The notes under the pieces: model-generated
What the model was told of the DNA's origin: nothing
Databases searched by the model: none
Seen by the model: the letters and a program-made list of their open reading frames with translations, nothing else
Source of the DNA: Actinomycetes bacterium
GTDB taxonomy: Bacteria > Actinomycetota > Acidimicrobiia > Acidimicrobiales > RAAP-2
Length of the DNA stretch: 39,116 nt
Reading direction: 5' to 3'
Assembly: GCA_021826255.1 (NCBI GenBank)
Contig: JAKBAZ010000001.1
Span: forward strand, 1-39,116
Shown: positions 7,999 through 17,591 of the stretch, piece by piece
How positions within the stretch are numbered: the stretch's first letter is position 1
Layout of the letters: each line of letters starts with the position of its first letter
Position numbers and translations under genes: made by a program

Positions 7999-9419
7999 CA
8001 GAAGCGTCGACCGACGGCGTCGGTAAAGACGTCGCGCAGAACTCCCACCATGAAGTCAATGTCCTCACGGGTTGAAATGAGTGGCGGAGCCAACTGGACC
8101 ACCGGGTCACCACGGTCGTCCGATCGACAAATCAGCCCTCGCTTAAACATCTCGGGAGAGATAAAGCCTCGCAGGAGGTGTTCGGCCTCGTCACCCGTAA
8201 AGGTCTCTCGAGTGTTCTGGTCCTTCACCAGTTCGACACCCCAGAAATATCCGGTCCCTCTCACGTCACCGACAATGGGTAGGTCTCGCAGTGCGTCGAG
8301 GCTGTCCTGGAAGTACTGCTGATTGGCGAGCACGTTGTCGAGCACGTGTTCGCGCTCGATGATGTCAATGCTCGTGAGGGCCACGGCAGTGGACATTGGG
8401 TGTCCGGCCCAGGTGAATCCATGGGGGAACGACGTGTCTCCGTCTTGGAACGGTTCGGCCAGGCGGTCGGACACAATCATCGCTCCGAGGGGGGCGTAGC
8501 CGGCCGTGATTCCCTTCGCGGCGGTGATGATGTCGGGGACGTAGTCGTACTTCTGGCCCCCGAACCACGTACCGAGGCGACCAAAGGCGCAGATCACCTC
8601 GTCCGATACGAGGACGACACCGTACCGATCACAGATTTCCCGAACCGCTTGCCAGTAGCCGGGGGGAGGCGTGAAGCACCCACCGGCGTTCTGAACCGGC
8701 TCGAGGAAAACCGCCGCCACGGTCTCGGGCCCTTCGCGCAGAATCGCCTCTTCGATGTGGTGGGCCGACCAGAGGCCGAACGCCCCAAAGTCGTCGGCGT
8801 GTTCGGTCGCTCGGTAAAAGTTGACGGCCGGAACCTTCACCGCACCGGGCACGAGGGGCTGGAAGGGCTCACGGTATCCCTCGAGTGAGGTGATGGTGAG
8901 CGCTCCCATCGTGGTGCCGTGATAGGCGATGTCTCGACTGATGACTTTGTAGCGATCGGGTTCACCGCGAAGCTTGTGGTACTGGCGGGCGAGCTTCCAC
9001 GCACTCTCGTTGGCCTCGGCGCCACCGGTCGTGAAGAAGACGCGATTGAGATCGCCCGGGGCGAGGGACGCGAGCTTTTCGGCGAGTCGGATGGCGTTGG
9101 GGTGGGCGTAGGTCCAAATAGGAAAGAACGCCATCTCACTCCACGACTTCGCTGCGGCTTCAGCCATTTCGGGACGGCCGTGTCCGAGCGCATTGGTGAA
9201 GAGCCCCGAAATACCGTCGAAGTACTCCTTGCCGTTGGCGTCGTACACCCGAGTGCCTTCGCCTCGCACGATGATCGGGATTTCGTGCGACTCGTCGTAG
9301 GCGCCCATGCGCGACATTTGGAGCCAAAGGTGCCGACGAGCCCGCTCCGAGAACTCGTGGCTGGCCTGTTTAGGATTATCGACGGTGATGCCGTCAGTAA
9401 GGATTTCTTCGGTTGTCAT
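7998..9419 (-). CDS. Class III PLP aminotransferase (putrescine/omega-amine:pyruvate type)
   Basis: AYHGTT, FLEPVQNAGG, SDEVICAFGRLG and AKGI (PLP lysine) motifs; ATG 9419 overlaps the Lrp gene stop (ATGA). Confidence 0.9.
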   Translation of the reverse strand: MTTEEILTDGITVDNPKQASHEFSERARRHLWLQMSRMGAYDESHEIPIIVRGEGTRVYDANGKEYFDGISGLFTNALGHGRPEMAEAAAKSWSEMAFFPIWTYAHPNAIRLAEKLASLAPGDLNRVFFTTGGAEANESAWKLARQYHKLRGEPDRYKVISRDIAYHGTTMGALTITSLEGYREPFQPLVPGAVKVPAVNFYRATEHADDFGAFGLWSAHHIEEAILREGPETVAAVFLEPVQNAGGCFTPPPGYWQAVREICDRYGVVLVSDEVICAFGRLGTWFGGQKYDYVPDIITAAKGITAGYAPLGAMIVSDRLAEPFQDGDTSFPHGFTWAGHPMSTAVALTSIDIIEREHVLDNVLANQQYFQDSLDALRDLPIVGDVRGTGYFWGVELVKDQNTRETFTGDEAEHLLRGFISPEMFKRGLICRSDDRGDPVVQLAPPLISTREDIDFMVGVLRDVFTDAVGRRF

Positions 9420-9934
9420 TTCGCACCCCATGCGTACGTTTGTTTAGCTAGTTTCAGGTAGAGGAACGTCTCCACCTCGGTCACTCCCGGAATACTCCGG
9501 ATCGAGTCATTCAAGAGATGAACCAAGGCGTCGTCGTTGACCGCAATGACCTCTGCAATGAGGTCAAAACTTCCTGCCGTCATCACGACGTAATTCGCTT
9601 CCTCGATAGCAGCCACTTTGTCCGCCACCGTGCGTACGTCACCGTGAACACGAATTCCGATCAGTGCTTCACGGCCGTAGCCGAGTTGCAACGGATCGGT
9701 AATCGCAACAATCTGCATGACGCCGGCGTCCTTCAGTCGCTGGACGCGCCGACGCACGCCTGCTTCTGAGAGTCCGACTTCTTCAGCAATCGCTCCGTAG
9801 GGTCGCCGCCCGTCACGCTGGAGGAGTTCGATGATCCGTCGATCCACCGCGTCGAGGGAGGTACGAGAGGACACCAGTTCCAGTGACCGGTGAGCGCCCG
9901 CGGACTTCGACTTGTGTGAGTTCGCTGCTGACAT
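9416..9934 (-). CDS. Lrp/AsnC family transcriptional regulator
   Basis: LDAVDRRIIELLQRDGRRPYGAIAEEVGLSEAGVRRRV helix-turn-helix and C-terminal RAM domain (TAGSFDL); GGGAG RBS-like sequence before ATG 9934. Confidence 0.92.
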   Translation of the reverse strand: MSAANSHKSKSAGAHRSLELVSSRTSLDAVDRRIIELLQRDGRRPYGAIAEEVGLSEAGVRRRVQRLKDAGVMQIVAITDPLQLGYGREALIGIRVHGDVRTVADKVAAIEEANYVVMTAGSFDLIAEVIAVNDDALVHLLNDSIRSIPGVTEVETFLYLKLAKQTYAWGAK

Positions 9935-10127
9935 TGGTTTCTCCCGCCCCGAACCATTGGTTCGATGCTGCGGATAGGGACATCCTAGCGGCAATTGGTG
10001 ACGAAATACGCAATATTTTTCTCAGTAGCAGACTTAATCACTACGAAACATTTGCAAACCCCAAAGGGCTCTGGCAAAGTGTCGTCACCGGGAAGCCGAA
10101 AAACTGATGGTTAATGGGGGAATTCTG

Positions 10128-11555
10128 ATGCGTCGACTGGCCAATTTCATCAACGGGGAGTACGTCGCGCCACGCGGCGGGCGCTACGTCGAACTGATCA
10201 ACCCGGCGACTGGACAGCCCTTCGCCGAAATGCCCGTGTCAAGTGCGGAGGACGTGGATGACGCGGTGCAGTCGTCACTTCGAGCGTTCCAGTCGTGGCG
10301 TCGGGCTACACCGTCTCAGCGCAGCCGCGCACTTCTTCGAGTCGCGGACATCCTGGAAGCGAACGCCTCTCGGTTAGTGGACGTGGAGTCGGAGAACTGC
10401 GGGAAGATTATGTCGGTCACCATGGCGGAGGAGATCCCGCCGATGATCGACCAGATTCGCTTCTTCGCGGGTGCCGCTCGGGTCTTAGAGGGTCGCGCGG
10501 CCACGGAGTACATGGAGGGAATGACGAGTTACATCCGGCGTGAGCCGATCGGAGTCTGCGCCGCAGTGACCCCGTGGAACTACCCCATGATGATGGCAGT
10601 GTGGAAGTGGGCTCCGGCGATCGCCGCCGGTAACGCGATGGTGCTAAAGCCCTCCGACACGACCCCGGCGTCCACGTTGCTGATGGCGGAATTGATGGCC
10701 GAGGTTCTCCCCGCGGGAGTGTTGAACGTCATTTGTGGCGACCGCGACACGGGTCGCGCACTGATTGAGCACCCTGTTCCGGCCATGGCGTCGGTGACGG
10801 GTTCGGTGCGCGCTGGAAAAGAAGTGGCCGTGAGTTCGGCGAACACGCTCAAGCGAGTCCACCTGGAGTTGGGTGGCAAGGCGCCTGTCGTCGTCTTCGA
10901 CGACGTCGACGTGCAGGCGGCCGCCGAGGGTATTGCTATTGGCGGGTACTTCAATTCGGGCCAGGACTGCACCGCGGCGACGCGAGTGCTCGTCGCGGAC
11001 AAGGTGTACGGGGACTTCGTCGACGCCCTCGCAGCTCAAGCCGCCGCGACGAAGGCCGGACCGCGTGACGATGACGACGCCTTCCTCGGACCGGTCAACA
11101 ATCAGAACCAGTTCGCCCGAGTAACGGGATTCTTGGAGAGAACGCCGTCGCACGCTTCCGTGGTGGTGGGCGGAGGTCAACTCGGAGACGAGGGTTTCTT
11201 CATCGCACCGACCGTGGTCGCTGACCTGCGCCAGGACGACGAGATGATCCAGAACGAGATTTTCGGCCCGGTGATCACCGTGCAACGTTTCTCGGACGAC
11301 GCCCAGGCCCTGGAGTGGGCTAACGGTGTTCAGTACGGTCTGGCATCGTCGGTGTGGACGTCCGATCACGGTCGAGCCATGCGCTTTACTCGCGACCTCG
11401 ATTTTGGGTGCGTGTGGGTGAACACCCACATTCCTATCGTGGCCGAGATGCCTCACGGGGGCTTCAAGAGTTCCGGGTACGGAAAGGACCTGTCGGTTTA
11501 CGGCTTCGAGGACTACACCCGGGTCAAGCACGTGATGCACAACATCGAGGTGTGA
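10128..11555 (+). CDS. patD: Gamma-aminobutyraldehyde dehydrogenase
   Basis: ALDH motifs PWNYP, LELGGK, NSGQDC and EIFGPV, plus the YdcW/PatD-type AEMPHGGFKSSGYGKDLS. Confidence 0.85.
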   Translation: MRRLANFINGEYVAPRGGRYVELINPATGQPFAEMPVSSAEDVDDAVQSSLRAFQSWRRATPSQRSRALLRVADILEANASRLVDVESENCGKIMSVTMAEEIPPMIDQIRFFAGAARVLEGRAATEYMEGMTSYIRREPIGVCAAVTPWNYPMMMAVWKWAPAIAAGNAMVLKPSDTTPASTLLMAELMAEVLPAGVLNVICGDRDTGRALIEHPVPAMASVTGSVRAGKEVAVSSANTLKRVHLELGGKAPVVVFDDVDVQAAAEGIAIGGYFNSGQDCTAATRVLVADKVYGDFVDALAAQAAATKAGPRDDDDAFLGPVNNQNQFARVTGFLERTPSHASVVVGGGQLGDEGFFIAPTVVADLRQDDEMIQNEIFGPVITVQRFSDDAQALEWANGVQYGLASSVWTSDHGRAMRFTRDLDFGCVWVNTHIPIVAEMPHGGFKSSGYGKDLSVYGFEDYTRVKHVMHNIEV

Positions 11556-11611
11556 CAACCCGGTGGCGTCATCGAAAAGAGCTAGGGCAGTGCCAATGGT
11601 GAGGAGGATGT

Positions 11612-13102
11612 ATGTCGGTGAATGATGTCATCGGACCCTTTGGGGCACCGGTACCTGATTCGGAGAGAGCGGCGATGCTCAGGGCCGAAGAACTCAGCCT
11701 CTTTGACTCCACGGCGGTGGCGGTGTCCTCGGTGGCGCCGGCGTACTCGCTCGCCTCCACCATCGGCGCGGTCGTGGCGATTGCCGGCGTGGGGTTGGCC
11801 GCGCCTTCTGTTCTCATCGTGTCCTTCATCCCGGTTCTCTTCATCGCGTACAGCTACTTTCACCTCAATCGTCGGAATCCCAACTGCGGAGCGAGCTACT
11901 CGTGGCTCGCTCAAGTGGTGAATCCGTCATTCGGCTGGATCAACGGGTGGGTTCAGGTGGGTGCGTCGGTACTGTTCTGCACGACGGCACCGTTGCTCGC
12001 GGGGGGTTACACCCTCCAGTTTCTGCACTCGGCCTTCAACGCGGTGTCGCTGTCGACGGTGAACTCGACGACCGCGGTGGCCTGGGTCGCCGCCCTGTGG
12101 CTGGTGTTCGTGACGTGGATCTGCGTTGTCGGGATTCGTTGGACGACCAACGCACAATGGGTCATGGTTCTCATCGAGTACACGGTGGTCATCGTGTTCT
12201 CCATTGGCGGAATCATTAAGGTCGCCCTCCACCACCCTGTCCACTCGATGAACCTCTCCCTCTCGTGGCTCAATCCCTTGAACATCCACGGAACCACCGC
12301 TCTAGCTCAAGGTCTCGCCCTGGGAGTCTTCTTCTTTTGGGGGTGGGACACTGCGGTGAATCTCAACGAAGAGTCGAAGCAGGCCAGTCGAATTCCGGGC
12401 CGGGCCGGAATTATTTCGATGTGGCTACTCCTCTTTGTGTTCCTTCTCAATATGGTGGCCGTGCAGATGCTGCTCGGTCCGAGCGCGATCAACGCTCAAG
12501 GAACGTCCGTGCTGTTCTACTTCGGTCAACAGTTCGCCGGGCCGTGGGCCAGTTACGTGATGATCTTCGCGGTGTTGTCCTCGACGGTGGCGACGACTCA
12601 GACGACGGTCCTACCGGCAGCCCGCATCACACTGTCGATGGCCCGCGACGGTGTGTTCCCGAAGGTGTTCGCACGCATCAGCCCCCGCTTTCAAACCCCC
12701 GTGGTCGGCACCATCTTGGTCGCGGTGTTTTCTATGGTGGGAATCTTCCTGACGACTATTTCGTCCTCGGCGAGTTCGGTGTTCAACAACCTCGTCTCAA
12801 ACATCGGTGTTCTGGTTGCCTTCTACTACGGCGTGACCGGATTGGCGTGTGCGTGGGCGTTTCGTCGGACATGGGGACACTCCCTTCGGTCCACCATCTC
12901 GTTAATTATTCTTCCCCTCGTCGGTGGAGTCGTCTTGCTCTACGTGTGCTGGGATGTCATTAAGGCGGGCGGTAGGGCCGCCTTGCCGGACGACATCGTT
13001 CTGTTGTCGAGCATTCCCTTCGTCGCCCTGACGTGGTGGGTGACTCGGGGCAAGACCAACTTCTTCCAACAACCTCGCGTCTCCTACGACACGGTCGACT
13101 GA
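11612..13102 (+). CDS. APC-family amino acid/polyamine permease
   Basis: SSVAPAYS, FWGWDTAVNLNEES and SMARDGVFP motifs; 12 TM segments; RBS GAGGAGG. Confidence 0.9.
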   Translation: MSVNDVIGPFGAPVPDSERAAMLRAEELSLFDSTAVAVSSVAPAYSLASTIGAVVAIAGVGLAAPSVLIVSFIPVLFIAYSYFHLNRRNPNCGASYSWLAQVVNPSFGWINGWVQVGASVLFCTTAPLLAGGYTLQFLHSAFNAVSLSTVNSTTAVAWVAALWLVFVTWICVVGIRWTTNAQWVMVLIEYTVVIVFSIGGIIKVALHHPVHSMNLSLSWLNPLNIHGTTALAQGLALGVFFFWGWDTAVNLNEESKQASRIPGRAGIISMWLLLFVFLLNMVAVQMLLGPSAINAQGTSVLFYFGQQFAGPWASYVMIFAVLSSTVATTQTTVLPAARITLSMARDGVFPKVFARISPRFQTPVVGTILVAVFSMVGIFLTTISSSASSVFNNLVSNIGVLVAFYYGVTGLACAWAFRRTWGHSLRSTISLIILPLVGGVVLLYVCWDVIKAGGRAALPDDIVLLSSIPFVALTWWVTRGKTNFFQQPRVSYDTVD

Positions 13103-13148
13103 GTAGCGTGGTCAGCGCGAGGTTCACTACGAGAAAGGGTGATCAACG

Positions 13149-14264
13149 ATGATCATCGGCGTACCTAAGGAAATCAAGCCCGACGAGAATCGGGTGGCCA
13201 TCACCCCAGCGGGGGTCCGGGAACTCACGACGGCCGGACACCGCGTTCTCATCGAGCGCTCGGCGGGGTTGGGTTCGTCCATCGATGACTCGGACTACGT
13301 GGCCAATGGTGCCACCATGGTGGAGAGTGCCGACGACGTGTGGGCCAGTGCGGACCTTTTGGTGAAGGTGAAAGAACCCATCGCCGCCGAGTATCCGCGC
13401 CTGAGTGCTCGAGAGAACCAAGTTCTGTTCACGTACCTCCACCTGGCGGCGTCGCGCGAGTGCACTGACGCCCTCCTCGCTGCCGGCAATGTCGCCATCG
13501 CGTACGAGACGGTGAGAACCGCTAACAACTCCCTGCCGCTCCTGACTCCGATGAGTGAAGTGGCGGGTCGCATGGCGACCTTGGTCGGGGCCTACCACTT
13601 GATGCGCCCCGGGGGCGGACACGGAACCCTGATTGGTGGAGTACCGGGAGTTCTCGCGGCCAACGTGGTGGTTATTGGCGCGGGAGTGGCCGGAGTCGCG
13701 GCGGCTCAGATGGCCGTGGGTCTCGAGGCTGACGTCACCATCCTGGACCGCAATCTGGATCGACTTCGCGAGGTTGACCAGCACTTCTCCGGCCGAGTGC
13801 AAACACTCGCGTCGTCTCACCTCACGCTCGAGGAGTCCTGCCGGCGAGCTGACATTGTCGTCGGGGCGGTCTTGGTGGTCGGAGCAAAGGCCCCCAAGCT
13901 GGTGTCCAACCAGTTGGTGAGCGAAATGCGCCCCGGCTCAGTCCTGGTGGATATCTCGGTGGACCAGGGTGGATGCTTTGAGGACACTCGTCCGACAACT
14001 CACTCCGAACCGACGTTTCGAGTTCACAACTCGGTGTTCTACTGCGTGGCGAACATGCCGGGGGCCGTACCGACGACGTCAACTCAGGCTCTCGCCAACG
14101 CCACCCTGCCGTACGTAGCGACCTTGGCTGATCGGGGCTGGCGGGAGGCCACCTCTCAGAATCGCGCTTTGTACGAGGGCGTCAACGTGGTGGAGGGCCG
14201 CGTGACCTACGCCCCGGTGGCGGAGGCGTGGGGGCTCGACTTCCACTCGCTCGAGTCGCTCTAG
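13149..14264 (+). CDS. ald: Alanine dehydrogenase
   Basis: MIIGVPKEIKPDENRV, LFTYLHLAA, PMSEVAGR, DQGGCFE and YCVANMPGAVP. Confidence 0.97.
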   Translation: MIIGVPKEIKPDENRVAITPAGVRELTTAGHRVLIERSAGLGSSIDDSDYVANGATMVESADDVWASADLLVKVKEPIAAEYPRLSARENQVLFTYLHLAASRECTDALLAAGNVAIAYETVRTANNSLPLLTPMSEVAGRMATLVGAYHLMRPGGGHGTLIGGVPGVLAANVVVIGAGVAGVAAAQMAVGLEADVTILDRNLDRLREVDQHFSGRVQTLASSHLTLEESCRRADIVVGAVLVVGAKAPKLVSNQLVSEMRPGSVLVDISVDQGGCFEDTRPTTHSEPTFRVHNSVFYCVANMPGAVPTTSTQALANATLPYVATLADRGWREATSQNRALYEGVNVVEGRVTYAPVAEAWGLDFHSLESL

Positions 14265-14476
14265 ACGGGGTCTTCAACCCACGGGCAGTGCCGACAGCCG
14301 CTCGAACAGCAACGTCCTCGCTCGAGGTGCGCTCGTCTGGTTAGGACGACGAGGCCGGTCGAGGGGTCGAGGTAGCTGCGTTCTCCCCGCTGCTCTGCTG
14401 CCGAGTGAGCGCGGAGAATGGCGTCGTAGTCAGCGCGAGTCGGTGAGCACCGTGAGGGGTGAGGCGCCTCACTCAC
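14261..14476 (-). CDS. Small Cys-rich protein, DUF5522-like
   Basis: YLDPSTGLVVLT...HLERGRCCSSGCRHCPW pattern; start overlaps the stop of the upstream oxidoreductase. Confidence 0.8.
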   Translation of the reverse strand: MSEAPHPSRCSPTRADYDAILRAHSAAEQRGERSYLDPSTGLVVLTRRAHLERGRCCSSGCRHCPWVEDPV

Positions 14477-15419
14477 GGGGCATCCTCACCAGTATTTTGC
14501 CGAACTTGCCGGGACGAGAGAACTCGTCGAAGGCGAGGCCAATGTCGGCGAGGTCGAAGACGCCGGCCACCGACACGCGAAGCGTTCCGGACGCCCAGGC
14601 GGACCCCAGATCTCGACGCACGGCGTCGATGGCGGCGCTCTTCTCGGCGCGTTCACGCCAGCGAAGGGTGGATCCGGTAATCCGGAGCCGGTTGGCCATC
14701 ACGTGGCCCAGGTTCAGGTGCGCACTTCGTCCCGCCCCCGTGCCGATGACTACCACCCGGCCCCCGTATCGCATCCGTGGTAGCACTCGTTCTAAATGTA
14801 CCGAGCCCACCAGTTCGAGGACCACGTCAACCGGTTCGAGGTTGTCGACTTCCTCGACGCTGACGACCTCGCTAGCCCCCAGTGCCCGCAGAGCCTCGTC
14901 GTGCTGGTGGTCGCGGGTGACCGCGACGACCTCGGCACCTTGGAGGGCCGCGATTTGAACCCCGAGGTGCCCGACGCCACCACTAGCTCCAGAAATGACC
15001 ACTCGTTCTGCGGGCCTCAAACCCGCTTGGGTGATGAGAGCGTCGTGGGCGGTGACGACTCCCTCGCTCCACCCACCCGCGCTGAGATCACTGATGTCAT
15101 CGGGAATGTCGACGAGATGCTCGAGCGGCACCACACAGCGGGTGGCGTGAGCCCCTCCCCCCACGAGGGCACTGACGCGGCGACCTAGTGATTCGTCATC
15201 CACCCCGTCACCCCGTCCCACGACGATGCCCGAGAGTTCGAGCCCGGGGACGTCCTCGATGACTCCGGGGGGAGCGGGGTAGTGCCCGTGCACCTGGAGG
15301 CGGTCCGCCACGTTAAGGGCGCTGTAGCTGACCGCAACGACAACCTCGCCGGGCCCCGGAAGGGGGTCTGGTCGTTCGGTAACGACCAGAGTCTGGTTAA
15401 CGATGGTTGCGGCAATCAC
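14469..15419 (-). CDS. NADPH:quinone oxidoreductase (MDR/zeta-crystallin family)
   Basis: GHYPAPPG..VPGLELSG, ISGASGGVG nucleotide motif and C-terminal KFGKILV; start moved to GTG 15419 (TAGTGT 7 nt upstream). Confidence 0.88.
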   Translation of the reverse strand: MIAATIVNQTLVVTERPDPLPGPGEVVVAVSYSALNVADRLQVHGHYPAPPGVIEDVPGLELSGIVVGRGDGVDDESLGRRVSALVGGGAHATRCVVPLEHLVDIPDDISDLSAGGWSEGVVTAHDALITQAGLRPAERVVISGASGGVGHLGVQIAALQGAEVVAVTRDHQHDEALRALGASEVVSVEEVDNLEPVDVVLELVGSVHLERVLPRMRYGGRVVVIGTGAGRSAHLNLGHVMANRLRITGSTLRWRERAEKSAAIDAVRRDLGSAWASGTLRVSVAGVFDLADIGLAFDEFSRPGKFGKILVRMPRE

Positions 15420-15459
15420 CAGGGTGACACTAGGGGTGCGCAACCGTTAGGTTGACCAC

Positions 15460-15942
15460 ATGGACATCTTTGCGCACCCTATTTCCACTCTGGCTGGTGA
15501 GCCCGGATCGCTCGAACAGTATCGGGGTAAGACCCTGCTTCTGGTGAACGTGGCCTCCAAGTGTGGACTGACTCCCCAGTACTCCGGACTTGAGGAACTG
15601 CAAAAGACGTACGAGGCCCGCGGCTTTAGCGTGCTCGGCTTCCCGTGCAACCAGTTCATGGGGCAAGAGCCTGGTACGGCCGAGGAGATTCAGACCTTCT
15701 GTTCGACCACCTACGGAGTAACCTTCCCGTTGTTCGAGAAGATCGAGGTCAACGGTGACGGTCGCCACCCGCTCTACGCGGATCTGACGAGCGTCGCGGA
15801 CGCTGACGGGTACGCGGGAGATATCCGGTGGAACTTCGAAAAGTTCCTCGTGGCTCCCGACGGCACGGTCTCTCGTTTCGCCCCTCAAGTGACTCCGGAA
15901 GACCCTACGCTCGTGAGTGCCATCGAGGGCGCTCTCGGCTAA
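15460..15942 (+). CDS. Cys-type glutathione peroxidase family protein (probably thioredoxin/mycothiol dependent)
   Basis: VNVASKCGLTPQY, GFPCNQF and WNFEKFL motifs; the active site is Cys (TGT), not Sec. Confidence 0.95.
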   Translation: MDIFAHPISTLAGEPGSLEQYRGKTLLLVNVASKCGLTPQYSGLEELQKTYEARGFSVLGFPCNQFMGQEPGTAEEIQTFCSTTYGVTFPLFEKIEVNGDGRHPLYADLTSVADADGYAGDIRWNFEKFLVAPDGTVSRFAPQVTPEDPTLVSAIEGALG

Positions 15943-16835
15943 CGGAGGGTTCGCTCCAGACGTACAAACGCGGTCTCGAACCCTAGGTTCGCCCAGAGGG
16001 CTGACGCCCCCGAATTGATGACTCGGCTTCGTGTCTCTACGACGCGCGTGTCCTCGGAGTGTTGGCGGACAACCTCGCGGATGAGAAGAGCGGCCACGCC
16101 GCGCCGGCGAAACGGGGGCGCCACCGCGAGGTCGCTCAAGTGCAGGGTCTCGGGGAAGTAGCCCACGAGCGCTCCGAGGCTCCACGCGGCGATTTGTCCG
16201 ATCACTCGGTGTTCGTGTTCAGCAACCAGGTAGGTCACCTCGGGATCCTCGAGGAGATCCACCAATCTGCTTCGCGAGGAGGGATCGACGGCGTCGTGGT
16301 GAGCCCGATCGATCTCGGCGTCGAGGTCCTGAAGGGCTAACAAGTCGTCCGTGCGAGCGACACGCACGGTGACACCCTCGGGACTCTGCGAAGATGTCCA
16401 CGTTCCCCACTCTCTCTCCAGGGAGAGTGCTGTGGGTTCGTACCCGAGACTCGTCCAGGCGCGGAACTCTTCGAGGGGTGACCAGACTGAGTGGAACCGG
16501 GCACCCCGAGACAACCACGTCGAGTGGGCGTGGTCCACGAGCCGCGCCAGTACGCCCGTCGATTCGAAGGTCACCGCATCGGGGCCACTGAACGCCCCGA
16601 TTTCCCCACTGTTGTCATCGTCCAGAAGACGCGCGCTGAGGTGGCCGTGAAGAGACCCACCCGAGTCGTCAACCCAGATGTCGCCACACATCTGGGTGAA
16701 GACGACGGCGAGCCCCGACGTATCCACCGAAGGATTGACGAGGGGTTGGAGACGGTGAAGTCGCTCAAGATGACGAGAAACCCCCTCTGCGAGACGCCGA
16801 GCGTCCATGGGGGTACATCGCCGCACGGGAGCCAC
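15939..16835 (-). CDS. GNAT-family N-acetyltransferase (tandem domains, N-terminal one degenerate)
   Basis: C-terminal LAVAPPFRRRGVA acetyl-CoA motif and N..A..LW.NLGF. The start is either 16835 (TAAAGT 5 nt upstream) or ATG 16808. Confidence 0.75.
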   Translation of the reverse strand: MAPVRRCTPMDARRLAEGVSRHLERLHRLQPLVNPSVDTSGLAVVFTQMCGDIWVDDSGGSLHGHLSARLLDDDNSGEIGAFSGPDAVTFESTGVLARLVDHAHSTWLSRGARFHSVWSPLEEFRAWTSLGYEPTALSLEREWGTWTSSQSPEGVTVRVARTDDLLALQDLDAEIDRAHHDAVDPSSRSRLVDLLEDPEVTYLVAEHEHRVIGQIAAWSLGALVGYFPETLHLSDLAVAPPFRRRGVAALLIREVVRQHSEDTRVVETRSRVINSGASALWANLGFETAFVRLERTLR

Positions 16836-16876
16836 GCCCCACTTTAGGGTGATTCTGCGCTGTGGCAGTCTGGACC

Positions 16877-17545
16877 ATGGTTATTTCGCGCGCCACCCTG
16901 TTTGACATGGACGGACTGCTCTTCGACACGGAGGTGTTGTGGCACGAAGCCGAAGTGGAGATTTTCGGCGCTCTTGGCGTGGAGATTTCTGAGGTCGAAG
17001 ACCGCTCCACCAAAGGAATGTACGTCTCAGAAGTGGTCGCTTTTTGGCGACGTAAGTACCCGTGGAGCGGACCCTCAAATGACGAAGTGACAGAACGGCT
17101 CTTGGGGCGGGTGGGTGATTTGGTCGAAGAGAAGGGGCGCGAGCTCCCCGGGGCTCGCGAGGCGGTGGAGCGGGCTCGAGAGCGAGGGGTTATCGCCCTG
17201 GCGTCGTCGACACCGCTGGCGCTCATCGAGAGAATCCTCTCTCACTTTGACTTGCGTTCCCCGTTTGACACCATTCACTCGGCTCAGTTTGAACAGTTCG
17301 GCAAACCCCACCCCGCCGTGTTTTTGAGCGCGGCCCAGAGCCTGGGGGTGCGTCCCGAAGAGTGTCTCGTCTTCGAAGACTCCGCCGCCGGGGTTATCGC
17401 CGCCGCCGCGGGTCGGATGTCCATTGTGGCCGTTCCGACCCGCTCCGATCGGTCCCTACCCGCCTTCGGACTCGCCGACCTCGTTCTCGACTCCCTTGAG
17501 CAGCTTCCGATCGCGTGGCTCGACGAGCGATTCGGTCGGCTGTAG
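16877..17545 (+). CDS. HAD-IA sugar-phosphate phosphatase (HxpB/YniC-like)
   Basis: LFDMDGLL motif I, LASS, GKPHPAVF and VFEDS. Confidence 0.9.
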   Translation: MVISRATLFDMDGLLFDTEVLWHEAEVEIFGALGVEISEVEDRSTKGMYVSEVVAFWRRKYPWSGPSNDEVTERLLGRVGDLVEEKGRELPGAREAVERARERGVIALASSTPLALIERILSHFDLRSPFDTIHSAQFEQFGKPHPAVFLSAAQSLGVRPEECLVFEDSAAGVIAAAAGRMSIVAVPTRSDRSLPAFGLADLVLDSLEQLPIAWLDERFGRL

Positions 17546-17591
17546 ATTCTCGCGAGTTCGGTACGATGGACCGACTCGTGTGAGGAGTACC

